Below, one piece after another: positions 40,120-54,400 of a DNA stretch of 64,000 bases. The stretch spans positions 722,964-786,963 of the forward strand of contig CAJFCJ010000026.1 of NCBI GenBank assembly GCA_904063045.1. Reading direction: 5' to 3'. How positions within the stretch are numbered: the first letter of the stretch is position 1; every line of letters begins with the position of its first letter. The DNA comes from Dimorphilus gyrociliatus. Lineage: Eukaryota > Animalia > Annelida. The notes under the pieces were generated by a model. It was not told the origin of the DNA and did not search any database. It worked only from the letters and a program-made list of their open reading frames with translations. Position numbers and translations under genes: made by a program.

Positions 40120-41670
40120 ATTGTCTAAATGAATTTATTAATTAGGATTAAAGTCCCAAGTGAGCGATAAAGAGGGAAAATATGAGGGTACAATTGAAGT
40201 AAGTAACCAAATATTTTCATATAACTTGTTAATAGCGCAGTCTTCCTGTTAAATATCTATTTACAAGTGTAAAATGAACATTAGAATTATGATATTAATT
40301 TGACAAAAAGAAATTGTTTGTTTTTACCGTAGTAAAATAGAGATATTTCAGATATTTCAACTAGATAAACATCTGGATATATCTTTATTTGATCGTTTAT
40401 GCCTTGACATATGAAGTATCTTTTATGTTTGGTTGATGGCGGTTGTAAATATTTACATATGTTCTCCAAGTCTATATTAATTGTAGATGTTAGAATAGCG
40501 TCTCTATCCACGTGATTACCCCCTATCTCAATTAAATACGGAGTAGTTCTATTCCATTCTTCTCTTGAGAATATATTTATTCCGCTTAGAAAATTGGTAC
40601 ATTTCTCAGAAACTAAAAAAAGAAAACAATAATCAATTTAAATTAATTAACTAAAATTAAACAATTAAAAGAATCTTAATTATATACAATCATAAGATAT
40701 GAGCGTCTTTGTAAATAGGTCAAATTCATAAATCTCATGTTCATCTACTGTATCTATAGTAATTAAATCTGTAAAAATTATTCTTGTTTCTTTACAAAGT
40801 GTATTATCGCTTATTTTTGAAATACTCCATCTACAGCGTATTTATAAACGTTATCTATATCATAATATCTTGATGCATATAAATTATTGTAATCAACTTT
40901 TAGCTTTTGATATTCTAAATAAGAATAATTTAATAATTAAATGTATAATAGATAATTTTAATACTTTAACCTCTATTATTCGCCTTTGTTCCAAATACTT
41001 GAACATCGCACATACTTAATGTAAGACCTTGCTCTTTTTGTTGAATAAATACAAAAGAACCTTGAACGTTTGATTCACAATTGAAACATTCGTATTCGGT
41101 AAATAACGTTGATGTTGGTGTTTTTATAATTTTATTCACTTCTGTACATTTAACTCGAATATCCAATGGAAAATTTGTTACATTTATTATTAAATTCCTT
41201 AGTTCATTTGCTAAATATTATTTATTTCATTACTTAATTTACTGTATATAGTATAGATATAAGTATCAATAACAAACCAGTTGGTAGATTTCCATTTAGA
41301 ATACAAACTTTATTAACGTTATATATATTACCAAGATCGACTATTCACCAAGATTGCTTTGTAAATTGTTTTGTTTTCGAACAGTAGCTCTCCTTTTAAT
41401 GGAAAATTTTCGATTATTTAAAAGAATTAGTTAATGAATAAAAATAGATTTTACCGGTTCAATTTGAATATTTAAATTATTAGCGAATTCAGCATGAAAT
41501 GCAGTTGTACTTTGATAAGATGGTTGATTTCTGGCAAGGTTAATTTCAATTCCATAAATAACGTTTCCTAATGATGAATATTTCGTTTTTTAATGTTTCA
41601 TTGTATAGATAAAAACAAGAAAATGTTTTACCTGATATTATCAAGAAGTAAATAAGGTTATAGTTAATCA
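40120..41670 (-). pseudogene. Paralogue E of the lectin-like family with several lesions
   Basis: NLARNQPSYQS and SW*IVDLGNIYNVNKVC (TGA at 41345-41347), 1-nt frameshift near 40820 after YAVDG, TAA at 40249-40251. Confidence 0.7.
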
Positions 41671-42544
41671 TTATTTCAAATATACTGTAAAATTCTAAAT
41701 GATTATCTTAGTAGATGTTGACTTATGAGAGACATACTGTATACTATTTTTGCTTACCATGTATTATTTAATATATATCTTATTATTTATATAAGTCAAA
41801 GTATTATGTATATTCTTTTTATTTCTAGTTTATTGAATATTTTTAAAAAACTAAACTAAATATAAATGAATAATCAAGAGAGAGAGAGAGAGAGTAATAC
41901 ATTTTTCATTAGTCTTATTGAAAATTTGAAAATTAAAATCAGCAACAAAAGTTGAAGAATATTAATTTATTATAAGAATATAATATAAATCAATATTAAA
42001 TGTAACTTTTGATTAGAGAATTAGGCCCTGGAAGAATGACTTTATAAATATCATATCTATACATTGAATTGAATTTTTTGACTTAATGATAAATTATTAT
42101 CATTATTATGACTTTTAAGACAGCGAAAAGATTGTCTAATCGGAGCGAATAGTTGAATAAAGCAGACGTAGAATTAACAGATTAACCAATGATAGACAAG
42201 GGAAGGGAAGGAGGAAACAACAATCGAATCTCTATTGCCTAATCAAAGTTTACAATACAATGATATCAACTCTATTCCTTCTTCTCCTATTCCCGAATAA
42301 GAAACTGCCAATTGGAAAAAAGCTTGATAAAATCAACTTAAGATGCGCTGGTTCTGATGGACTCAAGGAATTGTTTCAGAAATAATAAATAGGTCATAAA
42401 TAGGAAAGCTGAAACAATTCTTATGTCCGACATTTACTCCTATAAACTTATAAAGAGCGAATCGGGCAAACAATAAAGAGAAATTTATCATAATAGTGTA
42501 ATTCTTATTTATTATCTGTAATTAAGAAGATAAAAAATGTTGGT

Positions 42545-44060
42545 TTACCACCAATCCTTCTTAAATTTTCTTAATAAAAGACAAACTGCATAAAATAATG
42601 TGCAAGCAAAGTAAGTTGAGCTAGTTAAATAGAATAATGAATCAAAACTGTTTGTCAAATCGTAAAAGTAGCCAGCCAACGTTGGTCCTATTAACGAACC
42701 TACGCCTATGCTCATTCTGAATAGAGAAAAAGTTTCTTCTAAATGTCTTCCGTCGTGCAGTTCAATACAAGTAGACATTTGAGCAGCCATAATTGGACCA
42801 TCGAATAAACCTTGCGCTTTAGAGGATAATGAAAAAGAGAGAATGAATGAATGAAAGAAAGAAAGAAAGAAAGAGGGAGAGAGGTTAGAAAGAAGAGAAA
42901 TTAATTTGAAATAACTTACCGATTATATAGATAATAACTGTTGTGAAATTATAAGTATATAGAGCGAAAAAGTTTGTCAAGGATAATAGAAGACTGGCAA
43001 TTATGTAGGATAATATTAAATTTCCTTTTATATAATCTCCAAAGATTGATACAAGAAGCCTTCCAAAAAATTCAAAAAATCCAAACACCGACATTCCAAT
43101 ACTGGCATTTTGAGAGCTTATTCCCAAGTTTGTCATATAGTGAACCTATGAACGAGAAGAAGAGGGAGATTTTATTTGAAAATACAAAATGTCTACGAAC
43201 AAACCAGAAGCACAATTGGAGCTGTATAACCTATACTTCTCAATGCTGTTGCCATAAACCAACAAGTTCCAACAACGATTCTAGTAACCTTTTTCAGCTC
43301 TTTCTTCTTTCCTATCTCAGAGATAAGGGGTACTGTTATCTCTTCGCTAATAAGCGTATATTCATCATCGTTCAACTGGTGCGGTTCAACAATAGCCATT
43401 GCCGATGGAAAACATATTAGAAATAGGATTAGGCCTTGTATACCAAACGTTTTTTGCCAACCAAAATGGCTGATTAGCGCCTCCAATATAGGATTAAGGA
43501 TAAACGTTCCTAAAGGGTAGCCGCAAGTTAGTAAGCTATTGGCTAAGACGTGTCTTGGATGATTGAACGGATAATAGAGGTTAACAACAAAATATAATGG
43601 ATTAATCATCAAACAAGCAACCGTTCCGAAAATTATACCAAAACATATATAAACGGACCAAAAGTTTTCATAAAGACCACTTAAACCTAAGAAAGTCGAT
43701 GAGATAATTGTACCTAACAATAGGCATTTTCTAGAACCAATTCGATTTGAGAGAAATGTCGCTATAGGAGTTACAAGACAAACCAAAGCTATGGCGGTCG
43801 AACTTATTAAACCTAAAAAGATAAAAGGTTAAAGAATAATTTAACGTCAAATGTTCTTTTCTTATAAGAAAAAGTTGTCATCTGTTACCTAAATAAGTTT
43901 CCTGATTAGTAATTGAACCTTTTAAAGCTGGAATATATTCTCCAAAAGTGAAAAAGTTTGCCGTAGTCATTGAGTAGACGATAACACTTAGTAGACATAC
44001 AAAAGGTCCGCGAAAACTTTTACAATTCCATTTTCGTTTTGCAATTGCCAAACAATTCAT
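42545..44060 (-). CDS. MFS monocarboxylate transporter (SLC16-like), 4 exons
   Basis: Multiple TM helices, NRIGSRK A-motif region, FGRLLVSIFGD, GSLIGPTLAGYFYDLTNSF. Confidence 0.85.
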
Positions 44061-44824
44061 ATTTCTTTCAAAAATACCAAAAAAAAAAAGAGAAAGAAAA
44101 AGCTTGAGAATAATTGATCTTAATAGAAAAAAATATTATCTTTCGTCGTTCTATCTTGATTTTATACAAAATAAAAAAACAAACAAACAACAGTCTCTCC
44201 CCCTACAAAGCGGCGGAGTCTTTTTAATACAGTTGAACTTTTAGGACATTGAGAATTTTGCAGATTCACTTTTACTTTTTTCCAACTAAAGTTGAACCCT
44301 AAGAATTTATTATGAAATTGTCCTTTAACTGTTTTAATAGAAATTTAACAAACAAAAAATACTATTTAACTTTTACTCTTTTTTTAAACTGTAACCTTTT
44401 TGTTTGTCAAATGAAGAAATTTTAGATAGAAAGAAAAGAAGAGGAAGAAGATACTACGATTTATTTGTGTAAATAATAAGTGATTATTATTACATATTTT
44501 CTTTTCTATAATTAACTTTTAACCTCATTTCCAAATTATTTGTATCTTTTTTTCTTCAATTATCTTATTAATTGAAAGAAATTTTTCCGCTTTTAACTAG
44601 GCCTACAAATAGATAGTTTGTAAAATGTTCGTTCTGACCTTGTAACAATATACATATACTATATATTCCGTCTTATTAATCGTCCTCTGGTCATATGATA
44701 ATATTAGTGTGGATCTGGTAAATTTCTGACGAAATTGAACGTGAATAAAGAAGAAATAAAATACTATATTAGTCATATTTAACATTGTATAATTTATTCT
44801 TTATCCTTAACATAATTTAATTCA

Positions 44825-46179
44825 TTAAAGTGATGCTTCATTTATATCATCGTCGTACAGAATTTCCCTTAAATCGAAATGTTTTTCGTTCTTCGAAATC
44901 CTTAAGAGATTGAATAAATCTGTTTTTCTAAAAGCTTTCAAAATATCCGTAAGTGCGACAAAGAATTTCTTGATATTTTTAAATTGAACAAGTTCAACCT
45001 TATCAATAAAAAACTTTGATAGAGTAGCATCAAAATTAGTTTTTCCAGGGCATCTTCCATGTTTACATAAATTTTCCCAACGATTTATTTCTAGAAGAGA
45101 AATTTATTATCATCTGATTTGGTATAAGAGAAAGAAAATAATACAAACTCGCTAAATAGTCTACTGCATCAGACAAATTCTCCTGATTTATTCGAATCTT
45201 ATTTAGGTCGTAACCATCGAATATATCGAAATATTTGAGGAAATCTTCACCATATTTTTTAATCATTGTTACAAAATATTCGGATAGTGCTAATGTATGA
45301 TCTTTCATGTCTTCATCGCATCCAAGATAGGGAACTTCAGAGAGAAATTCAAAGAAATCATATATTACACCAATTGAATTTTCGTAGAATTTATCATCTT
45401 TCCTCGTTTCTACTATCTTTCTTTTAAATGTTTGTAGGTCATTTTCAGACAATGATAGTGCATTTTTAAAAATTTCTTCCGCTTCGCCACGCTCCTTAAA
45501 TTCGCCAATATAACAAATAAAAAAACTAAATTTACGACCTATATCGTATGAAAAACGTCTCCCTATCTGAGGATATAGCGCTTTCACATCGTTAAAATAT
45601 AAAATAGGCATTAACACTACGTTTGTTTGTAAATTTTCGTACTTAGGATCACAAGAATCAAGATCAATTAAGAGATTCGTTACAGAATCGTAGTTGACCG
45701 TATTAATCATTTCTTGATAGTTTTTATATTCCGACAATCCAGAGTAGCTTAATTTTTGTAAGAATTGAAATACTGTATTTTAAATGCTTCTCCAGCGTCT
45801 TTTTTAACGTTTAAATTCGTATAGTCGCCTAATTTCTTTATCAATTGCACTGTATTCGTTGAGTTTAAAAGATTGTAGACAGAATTTGCAAACTTTTCCC
45901 TTTCAATTGTAAAGTCGAAGAGAAAAACAGAATTTAACATTTCTATAATTTCATTTTTAGATTGTTGAAGTTGTTCATTGTCTAGCCATTCGTAGAATGT
46001 CGTAATAAATTCTTTCGTGTTAGCTTTTACGGTATCTTGTCCTTAGAAAGAAAGAAAACAAATAAGAATGATAAATGATTAATTATCAAAAAGAAAAGAG
46101 ATCATTTACTACTCAGAATTGCTGTTTCGTACGCAACGACACAACTTGCAAAGAATAATATTTGATAAACTTTTGCCAT
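44825..46179 (-). CDS. Secreted all-helical protein H1 (1-nt frameshift in an A-run near 45780: pseudogene or sequencing error)
   Basis: Signal exon; colinear with H2 (YEWLDN, FDFTIERE, LCKHGRCPG). Confidence 0.65.
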
Positions 46180-47327
46180 GTGGAAACTTCTTTTATTTAT
46201 TTGACCTAGCTTTGTTTCCTCTGTTTTGAAACTGAAAATACATATATATATATATATATTTATATAAACTATAGTATAGTAAATGTTAATACACCCACTC
46301 ATTTTCCTTATTAACTTTATTGTTAAATTACTTAATTGTTTAAGGAGAACAGATAAAAGTGATGAATATATAGTTTTATTATGATTTCGGGATTTACGAT
46401 TTTCGTTGATTACCTGGAAATCGCGTAGGATAATAAACTGATCATAAAAGTCAATAATAAAAGTATTAAAAATTTGAGCTGATTTAACACTTTACAATAA
46501 AATTCTTTGAAATAATAGTTAGAATAATTCTTATACGTAACCATATAATTTAGAAACAGCTATGAATGACGAAACGTTCTAAACGTTCTATAAAAAATGT
46601 ATCATATTTTACTTGCAGTAATATTTTCCTTTTCAAAAGATTAAAAGCAATATTATAATATATAGGAAGAATATTTGCAGTTTTTTCCCATCCCTTTCAG
46701 TTTGCTGTTCTTTTTTTATTTCTTATATTCGAAGGAGAGAGCAGACGATTGGCGTTCCTCACTATATACAGTATCACTTTTATTTACTCTTCAATGTACA
46801 AGTTAGTATAGACATTGTATTTTATAATAATCTAAATGATCAAATTTACTTTAATAATACAAAAAAAGTATAGTAAACAGGTCTATAAAAGAATTATTAT
46901 CGAATTGGAAAGTATAAACGAAAAATGGATCAAAAAGCTTTTATAGGTAAAAAGAAAAAGTAAGTACTTATCTACTTATTTAAACATTAATAAAACGTAA
47001 GATAATTAATATATAAATATAAAAAAAACGTTAATTTGTCGGGTTTTTTCCTTTTAATTCTTAATGGAAGAAAAAGAAAAGAATACCAGTTTTCAAAAAA
47101 GAACAAAAAGTGAAAATCAACGAAATAGAATTTCGGTAATTTTGAATAATAAACTAGAAAATTATTATAAAATCATAATAGTTTCCCTAATCGAGAGAAA
47201 ATATGAAATATAAAGAGATATTTACGCTATTTATCAATCAAACAATCAAGTTAATACAATTAATAATAGAAGATAAATATATAAAAAAAAATAAGAAAGA
47301 TGAAATAACAACATTTGGTTGTTTGCT

Positions 47328-48640
47328 ATGAAAAGGAAAGTTTGTCATATTCTATTTTTAGCCTTCTTATGTTCAATTTGGCATAGAACACAAAGTTTAA
47401 GTAGTAAGTTGTATTAAGATAATTGTAGTTAAAATTTGTTATAATTAATTCAAATATTCTCAATAAGGAGTTGATAAGATAAGAAATGAGACAGAACATT
47501 TTGTTAAAATAGTTTACGAATGGCTGGATAACGATGACAAACAACAACGAAGTAAAGATGAAATAGTCGATGCTCTAAATAGTTATCTTCTATTTGATTT
47601 TACGATTGAAAGGGAAAGATTTAAAAACTGTATATTCAATATTATCAACTCTGATAACAGGATACAATTAATAAGGAAATTGGATAATTGTACTAATTTA
47701 AATATAAGAAATAATCCTCAAAAAGCTCTGACGATAAGTCGTAATCTAAATTTGGCCTATTCGACTTTATATAGATTATCTAAAAATGAAAAGTATAGCG
47801 ATATTAAAGAAATAATTGAAACGATTATGAGAAATGAACAATATTTTATAATTGATAATTGTAGGCGAAATGATACTGTTCTTTATAAAAAAGTGAGTAG
47901 TTTCTTGGATATCGTTTATCTTTATCTAAGATCAATTTATCCGGAAGTAAAAAGACTTTTTAAAGGTAAAATAAGATTATTTTCATTTGCCGTATGTTTT
48001 ATAACTGAAACTGAAAATTTGGATGATGCCAATGACATAATTAGAGAATTATTTCATCATATTTCCTATGACAAACTAATCGATTTTGAAGACAAAATAT
48101 TAAGGATAATTAAAGATGAAAAATTTTACAAACAATCAATCAGCATTGTAAAAGAATTTATTGATTTTATCGTCAACAATAATTACTTAGGTATTGATAG
48201 TAATATGAAAAATTTTGACCAGCCTTTGGAGGATTTCCTTCAGTCTTTGGTTGAAAAATACGGTTCAGATTTCCTTAAATATTTTGATTTGTTAGACGGA
48301 TATGGCCTTAAATATATACAAGTTGATAAAACTTCCATTTCAACCATTGTTGACTATTTAAAAAGTAATAGATAATTGAATTTCAGTTTTTGACAAACTA
48401 ATATATTCTCTTCAATTAGAACTAGGATATTGGAGAAGATTGTGCAAGTATGGAAAATGTCCTGGAGAGACTGATATTGATAAAACTATAGCTAGATATA
48501 TTGTAGCTGAATTTGGCGATAGTGCATTCCATTTTATAGAAACCGTTCATAAAGATTTAGCGGAAGTGCTAAATTCGTTGAGAGATTCAAACTTTATAGA
48601 TATATTTAAACAACTTGATCTTATACACGGATCAGAATGA
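47328..48640 (+). CDS. Secreted all-helical protein H2; exons 47328-47403, ~47468-48364, ~48420-48640
   Basis: Signal peptide; paralogue of H1 (LCKYGKCPG); divergent orientation. Confidence 0.75.
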
Positions 48641-48767
48641 TTTTCGGAAGACGACGAAACTATATTTCTAAATAATATTATAAATAGTTTGTCATACAGT
48701 AATATATCCACCTATATTATTATCATTCAGTTGTTGTTTTGCTAATTCACATTAAACACTTACTTAT

Positions 48768-49760
48768 TTAAAGAATCTCATAATTGCAAACGTTATTAAC
48801 ATCTTTCTTAGCTTTTAATCTTCTAAGTTGACAAACACGTTTACTGCAAGAACAAGTAATTTGACAATCGAATATAGAGGATGTAGTATGAAGTGAACAA
48901 CGACTAAATGGACCAAGTACCAAAGCGTCTCCGTTAATTGTAATCAACAAATTGCCAAACTGCTTGTTAAAATGATACTGCTCAAATGCTTGCTTGCATT
49001 TGTAAAAATTAAAGTTTGTCAAAGAAATCATATATTCTTTTTTTAGAATATTCTGTTCAGTTTGTAAATCGATAATTTTAATAGAAGAACAACCCTTTTT
49101 ATCTTCATCGCTGTTCGGTTGATTGTCAAAATCTATTCGACAGAGTAGACATTCACCATCGAATATCTTACAAAAATTCTCGTTAATCCAACAAGGAGTT
49201 GACGATAAGTCACCAACCTGTTGGATAATCTTACAATTCATTTTCCGTTTGCAACTATTAACACATTGTTCTGCTAGAAGTGTATTATTAGGATAGGTGA
49301 TAATCTTAGTTTCGATGGGAAAACAGGTACTGTGTAATGGATTAGCCAAATCTTGAATCTTTTTATTAAAACATTTGGAGAGATTATCGTTTATGTCGAG
49401 ATTTTTAATACTCTTTACGCAATGATCAGAATGAATTTGACACTTTTTCAAAGATTTATTAAAGGTAAAACATTGACAAACTGGTTGAAATAAGCAAGCT
49501 TGTTTACATTCCTCAATATTTCTCGTATTTATAAACGTAGAATTATCCTTTAATACCGTTTTCCCAACGTACGAAAATTCTGGTACTTTACCATCGTCAA
49601 AGTTACAAAGATGCGATGATAATATGTTATTATCATCATCATTATCATCATCATCATTTTCAAAACCATTATTAGTAACACATTTAATAATTTGAATTGT
49701 TGAGAGAAGAAGCCAAAAAGTAATTGAAAGTTGAATATGTTTCGTCCAAAAGTAAACCAT
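48768..49760 (-). CDS. Secreted PAN/apple-domain protein, single exon, 330 aa
   Basis: Signal peptide, acidic linker, IEECKQACLFQPVCQCFTFNKSLKKCQI PAN motif and further Cys-rich modules. Confidence 0.8.
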   Translation of the reverse strand: MVYFWTKHIQLSITFWLLLSTIQIIKCVTNNGFENDDDDNDDDNNILSSHLCNFDDGKVPEFSYVGKTVLKDNSTFINTRNIEECKQACLFQPVCQCFTFNKSLKKCQIHSDHCVKSIKNLDINDNLSKCFNKKIQDLANPLHSTCFPIETKIITYPNNTLLAEQCVNSCKRKMNCKIIQQVGDLSSTPCWINENFCKIFDGECLLCRIDFDNQPNSDEDKKGCSSIKIIDLQTEQNILKKEYMISLTNFNFYKCKQAFEQYHFNKQFGNLLITINGDALVLGPFSRCSLHTTSSIFDCQITCSCSKRVCQLRRLKAKKDVNNVCNYEIL

Positions 49761-50471
49761 ATTTCACAAGACAAACTCTAACGCTTTACTGTACTTATTA
49801 CTAATTATCACCTTCTTTTGTATAGATTTAACAAAGGAGCATTTCTTATAGAATACATTAATGAATGCAAATAATTACACATATATTACTATATACTATA
49901 TATATATAATTTATACTGTATATACATCATAGTAAACAAAATGATAATAACACTTCCATTGAACATTTATCGAAATTTCGACTTTTGTTCCTTTTTTAGT
50001 TGACAACAATCTCATCTCTTTATTTGATAATTAGCCATTTTGTGACAAACTGTAATAATATATATCCTGTTTTTTTTTTATTTTGACAAACAAAGAAGTT
50101 AATGAAAGTAATTTACTAATTAAGAAATTAGTTTATTAACTACTTACTACTTTATATTTAATTATTCCTTTAAAAAAAAGGCCAAACATATAATATTATT
50201 CGATGACAAACTATATTCAAAAGGTAAATTATAAATTTTTAATCTTTTTAGCCTTTCTTTTTTTTTCAAACTAAGACAAACAATAGTCTTCTATTCAATG
50301 ACATCTTTTATTCGTTAATCCCAATCGGACAATTACTTATAATTGAACAATTGACAAGATAATTGTACCAGTTTTTTATATATATAAATATCAAGAGGAA
50401 TACGATTATTGTATATATTGTATTTCCTATCTTTTTGTCCTAAAATCGGCACCAAATAATTCATTGGAAAA

Positions 50472-51023
50472 ATGAAAATTCATCTTATTGCAATCTTTAT
50501 TACGTTGTTATATTTTACCGGACAAAGTGTTGATAGTACTCGGCAGAGTTTGTCAAATTTCAACAAAGAAAAATTCAATGAAAAAAGAGTTGCCAGCTTG
50601 AAAGATTATCTTCAAGCTAAAGCTTTGGCAAGAGATAAAAAATGGTTGGATTGGGATGATATTAAAGATTCTTTAAGCGATGCTTGGGACCATGTTAAAG
50701 ATGCTAAAGATAAACTTGTCGACAGCGTTGAAGAAGGAATAAATCGTATTAAAGAGAATAAAAACTTTCAAAAAGTCATGAATAAATTGGACGAATGGGA
50801 AGATAAAGTTGAAGAGTCTATAAACGAAGGAATCGATAAACTTAAAGAGAATGATCATTTAAAAGAAGCGTTAGATCGTTTAAAAGAGATTAAAGACGAA
50901 ATTGAGGAATCTGTTGAAAATGGAATAGATAAGATAAAAAATCACGAAAAGTATAAAGAAGCCGTTGAAAGATTGAAAAAATTAAAAGGAGATATTTTAG
51001 ATAAAATTGAAAACGCAAAATAA
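50472..51023 (+). CDS. Secreted precursor with three 31-aa amphipathic helical repeats
   Basis: Signal peptide, KR and KK dibasic sites, repeats with GI at a 31-residue period. Confidence 0.85.
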   Translation: MKIHLIAIFITLLYFTGQSVDSTRQSLSNFNKEKFNEKRVASLKDYLQAKALARDKKWLDWDDIKDSLSDAWDHVKDAKDKLVDSVEEGINRIKENKNFQKVMNKLDEWEDKVEESINEGIDKLKENDHLKEALDRLKEIKDEIEESVENGIDKIKNHEKYKEAVERLKKLKGDILDKIENAK

Positions 51024-51420
51024 ATAATAATAAATAATTTAATTATATTGAAATTTAATAAAAGATTATGGCAAATATATTCAATACAATATGCTAACTT
51101 TTTTCTCTTCATAATGAAAAATTGATCACATATGTGATAAACTGTTTACCTAGTAACCAGTTTACTTGAAAAGGTTTTGTCAAGTGTTGTTTACCTCTTG
51201 TTTAATACAACTCTCTTAGAGTAGTATAAAATCAATCAACAGAACAGTATAAGATGCAAACTAAATATAATAATAATATACTCTTTCAAGTTTGTCATAA
51301 ATATTTTATCATTGTAAAAACTGAAGACAAACTAGTCTTGATGATCTCGCAATAAAAGAAAAAGATGTTTTATCATTTTTTTCTTAAATAAAACGATAAT
51401 AGTTTGTACAGCAGTATGTT

Positions 51421-54400
51421 TTAAGCCCTTAAAGTGTAAATGGCTATCGAATCCAATCTCTGACCGTTATCAGTTAAGAAATTCTCCGATATTGAACAAG
51501 CCGTATCGCTCCATTTGAATGAGAATGACCTACAATCTCTCTGATCGAAACATAGCTTTGCGCAATTCGTAAATGTCGAACTAAACCAATCGACAAACAT
51601 AGTTTGTAGGTTTAATATCGTTATTCCCGTTCTCCTAAACGAGTCTGTATAGATTAGATAAAGTATTAACAAGTGACGCAAGATAATTGAAAAGAGACAT
51701 CAATTATACTTACAGCTCTTTGCATAGAATATTATAGATTCAATATAGGGTCTTTCATCTGTATCTAAAACAAAATATCTACCTTCTAAGGTAGTCTTAC
51801 AAAAGTATTGGATGATTGATCCTTGGAGAATCTCTCCTCCCGTATTAGTATCATGTACGTCGCACAATTCAATTGTATCGTTCCTTTGCGAAATATCCTT
51901 AAGAATATAGAATTTCATAGTAGCAATAAACGATTGAGAGTTTGAATATGTAATTTGCATTCCCTTTACTCTAATTATTTTACGAGAATCCATTATTAAA
52001 CTAACGTATACATTAATTATAGGTGTAATGTTTGTCTCATAGAATACATTTGATATTTTGTTATTTGTATTGTCCAGTTTGTAGAAATGTTTTTCAATAT
52101 TAATTTTTGGAAAAAGTTCAAGTGTTTCAATACGTCCATATACTTTTAATTCGCATATTACCATAGAAGTTAATCTTCTGTTTGTCAAATAAACGAAATT
52201 CCCAGTTGAATGGTGATTACATTGAAAATACCAAAATAATCCGTGGCTGATAGAAGAATTTAAAAATTTACAAATTCTCCTCGAAACTTTCGGCCAAAGA
52301 GGATTTGGAGATTGAAGATTTGTCACGGAAACGTCGAATTTATTGAATATATCTGGAAATAAAGTATTTGACAAACCGTTTATCTGTATAAAAAGAAAGA
52401 TTAACAAACCTTCTAATAGTTGATCACCAGGCACAATAAGAATACTTTCTACATTATATGTAGTTTGTAATTTTAATGATATCCAAGGCAGTACTGCATT
52501 GTGAACAATCGATATACAGGAATGATATTTACGGTCGTTGAAGATTATATTGAAATAATTATCATCAAACGCCTTAATTGTACTCCAGTAACTGTGATCA
52601 ACAGTATCATTCCGATATATTGTTATATTCTCAAAATTGACAATAGAATTATGTTTGTCAATGAGTTGACCAAACACATTCAATTCATATAAGTATACGA
52701 AAGACAATGAATTCGTTTTCAAGACAAACACAGATCCTATAGGAGACGGATTGCTACAATCAAACATTTTATAATTGTTATCATTCGAAGAGACAATCGT
52801 CTGTTTTGACAAACAATTCGCTTCCTTAAAGTATAGATTTTGGTGATTAACGCCAGCCGTAATATTCATATTTTGTGTATCTATCAATTAGAATAATAAT
52901 ATTTAATGTAAACAGTATTAATCAATTGACAAACAACATACTTAGATAGAATATTATAAAAGATGTAACGGAATATCTTCCACCAAGGTAAACACTTATA
53001 AAATCGTCCTGATTCAATTCGGTACTAGTTTCGTATTTACCATCAACAGCAAATGTAGGACTAAACTTTCCAGATTCTTGAAGAATCGGCATATTTAAAG
53101 CCAAATTTTTTGGTGAATTTTCTAAAAAAAAACAAACATATAGGCCTAAAAATTTAAACAAACAACAAACAACCTGTAATTTTTTCACCAAAAACTTCAA
53201 TAGAATGCATATGATGATTGGTTGAAGTTAAAGGTTTAAATGATATATAACGCCCTTCACTATCCAATGAACAATCAACGGTATCGACATTGACTGGACA
53301 AGAGGTTTTATCACTGTTTAAGATATTTAAAGTTTTCGTGACAAACACTTCGTATTCTTAAAAAAATATAAAGAATATAATATATAGGCCTTAATCGAAT
53401 ATGATATTTCAACTTACCATTAATAAGTGACGATGTTAGTTTGGCTGTAACACTTACAACTCTAAAAATATCTTCCAAATCAAGAAAATGACTCGGGAAA
53501 GCAAAATTCACAGGATAAATAGTATTTAACACTATATTGGTTGTTGGTCGTGTGAAAGCATCTGTCCTTAAGAAAACCGATTTTCCAGCGTTCAAGTGAT
53601 CTAAAGGAGAGAGAGAGAGAGAGAGAGAGAGATTATTTTAGACGCGATTAATAAAAGAGACTATTGTTTTTTACATGAATAGACGCTTATTTCGCATAGG
53701 GAGAAGGCTTCTGCACTTTCTATAGATACTACTGATCCATAGTTTTGAATATTGCAAACAAAAACTAATTCTTGTAAATGCTGATAAACATAACTAGAAT
53801 CTGTACATGTTGTATCGTTAACTAATATTCTAACATCTGGTAAGAAATTATCATTATTCTTTAAGATGGCAACGCTATGGACTTGTGTTGAAAATCCTAG
53901 ATAAATACTTAAAACTGAATTAGTGCTTGTCACTGACAAACAACCTCCAAAGCTCTAAAAGAGAGATAAAAGGAAATTTTAATAAAGGTAAAATATTATT
54001 AATATCGTCTACTTCATTGGTATTCGTTACTCCATCGACAGCGTGATGAGGATGGAAAAGGGAATTCAAAGAGGAAGTACCAGTCAAAGATACTGACTTT
54101 AAAAAGGCAATATTCTTCCGACCATGATATTTTAAACTATTACATCTGTAACGTTCGTCACTTTTGATCATATTATTAATATCTCTTTTAACATTATCGT
54201 AGTTAACAGTTTTCCAAAAAGTGGATTTATCATTCCAAACTGCATCAAAGCTCTCTGGTATACAATCGTATCGAAGATAATATAATTGAGGACAAAATTG
54301 TTTTTCAATTATTTCACCATTTTCTTCACAAAATATTTGACCATCTATTCAAAAGATTGCATAATTAGATAACATTTCTTATAGTTTATATATTTAAAAA

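Noticed and set aside
41345-41347. In-frame TGA as selenocysteine or readthrough
   Set aside because: It replaces a conserved Trp, and the same gene also has a frameshift and a TAA
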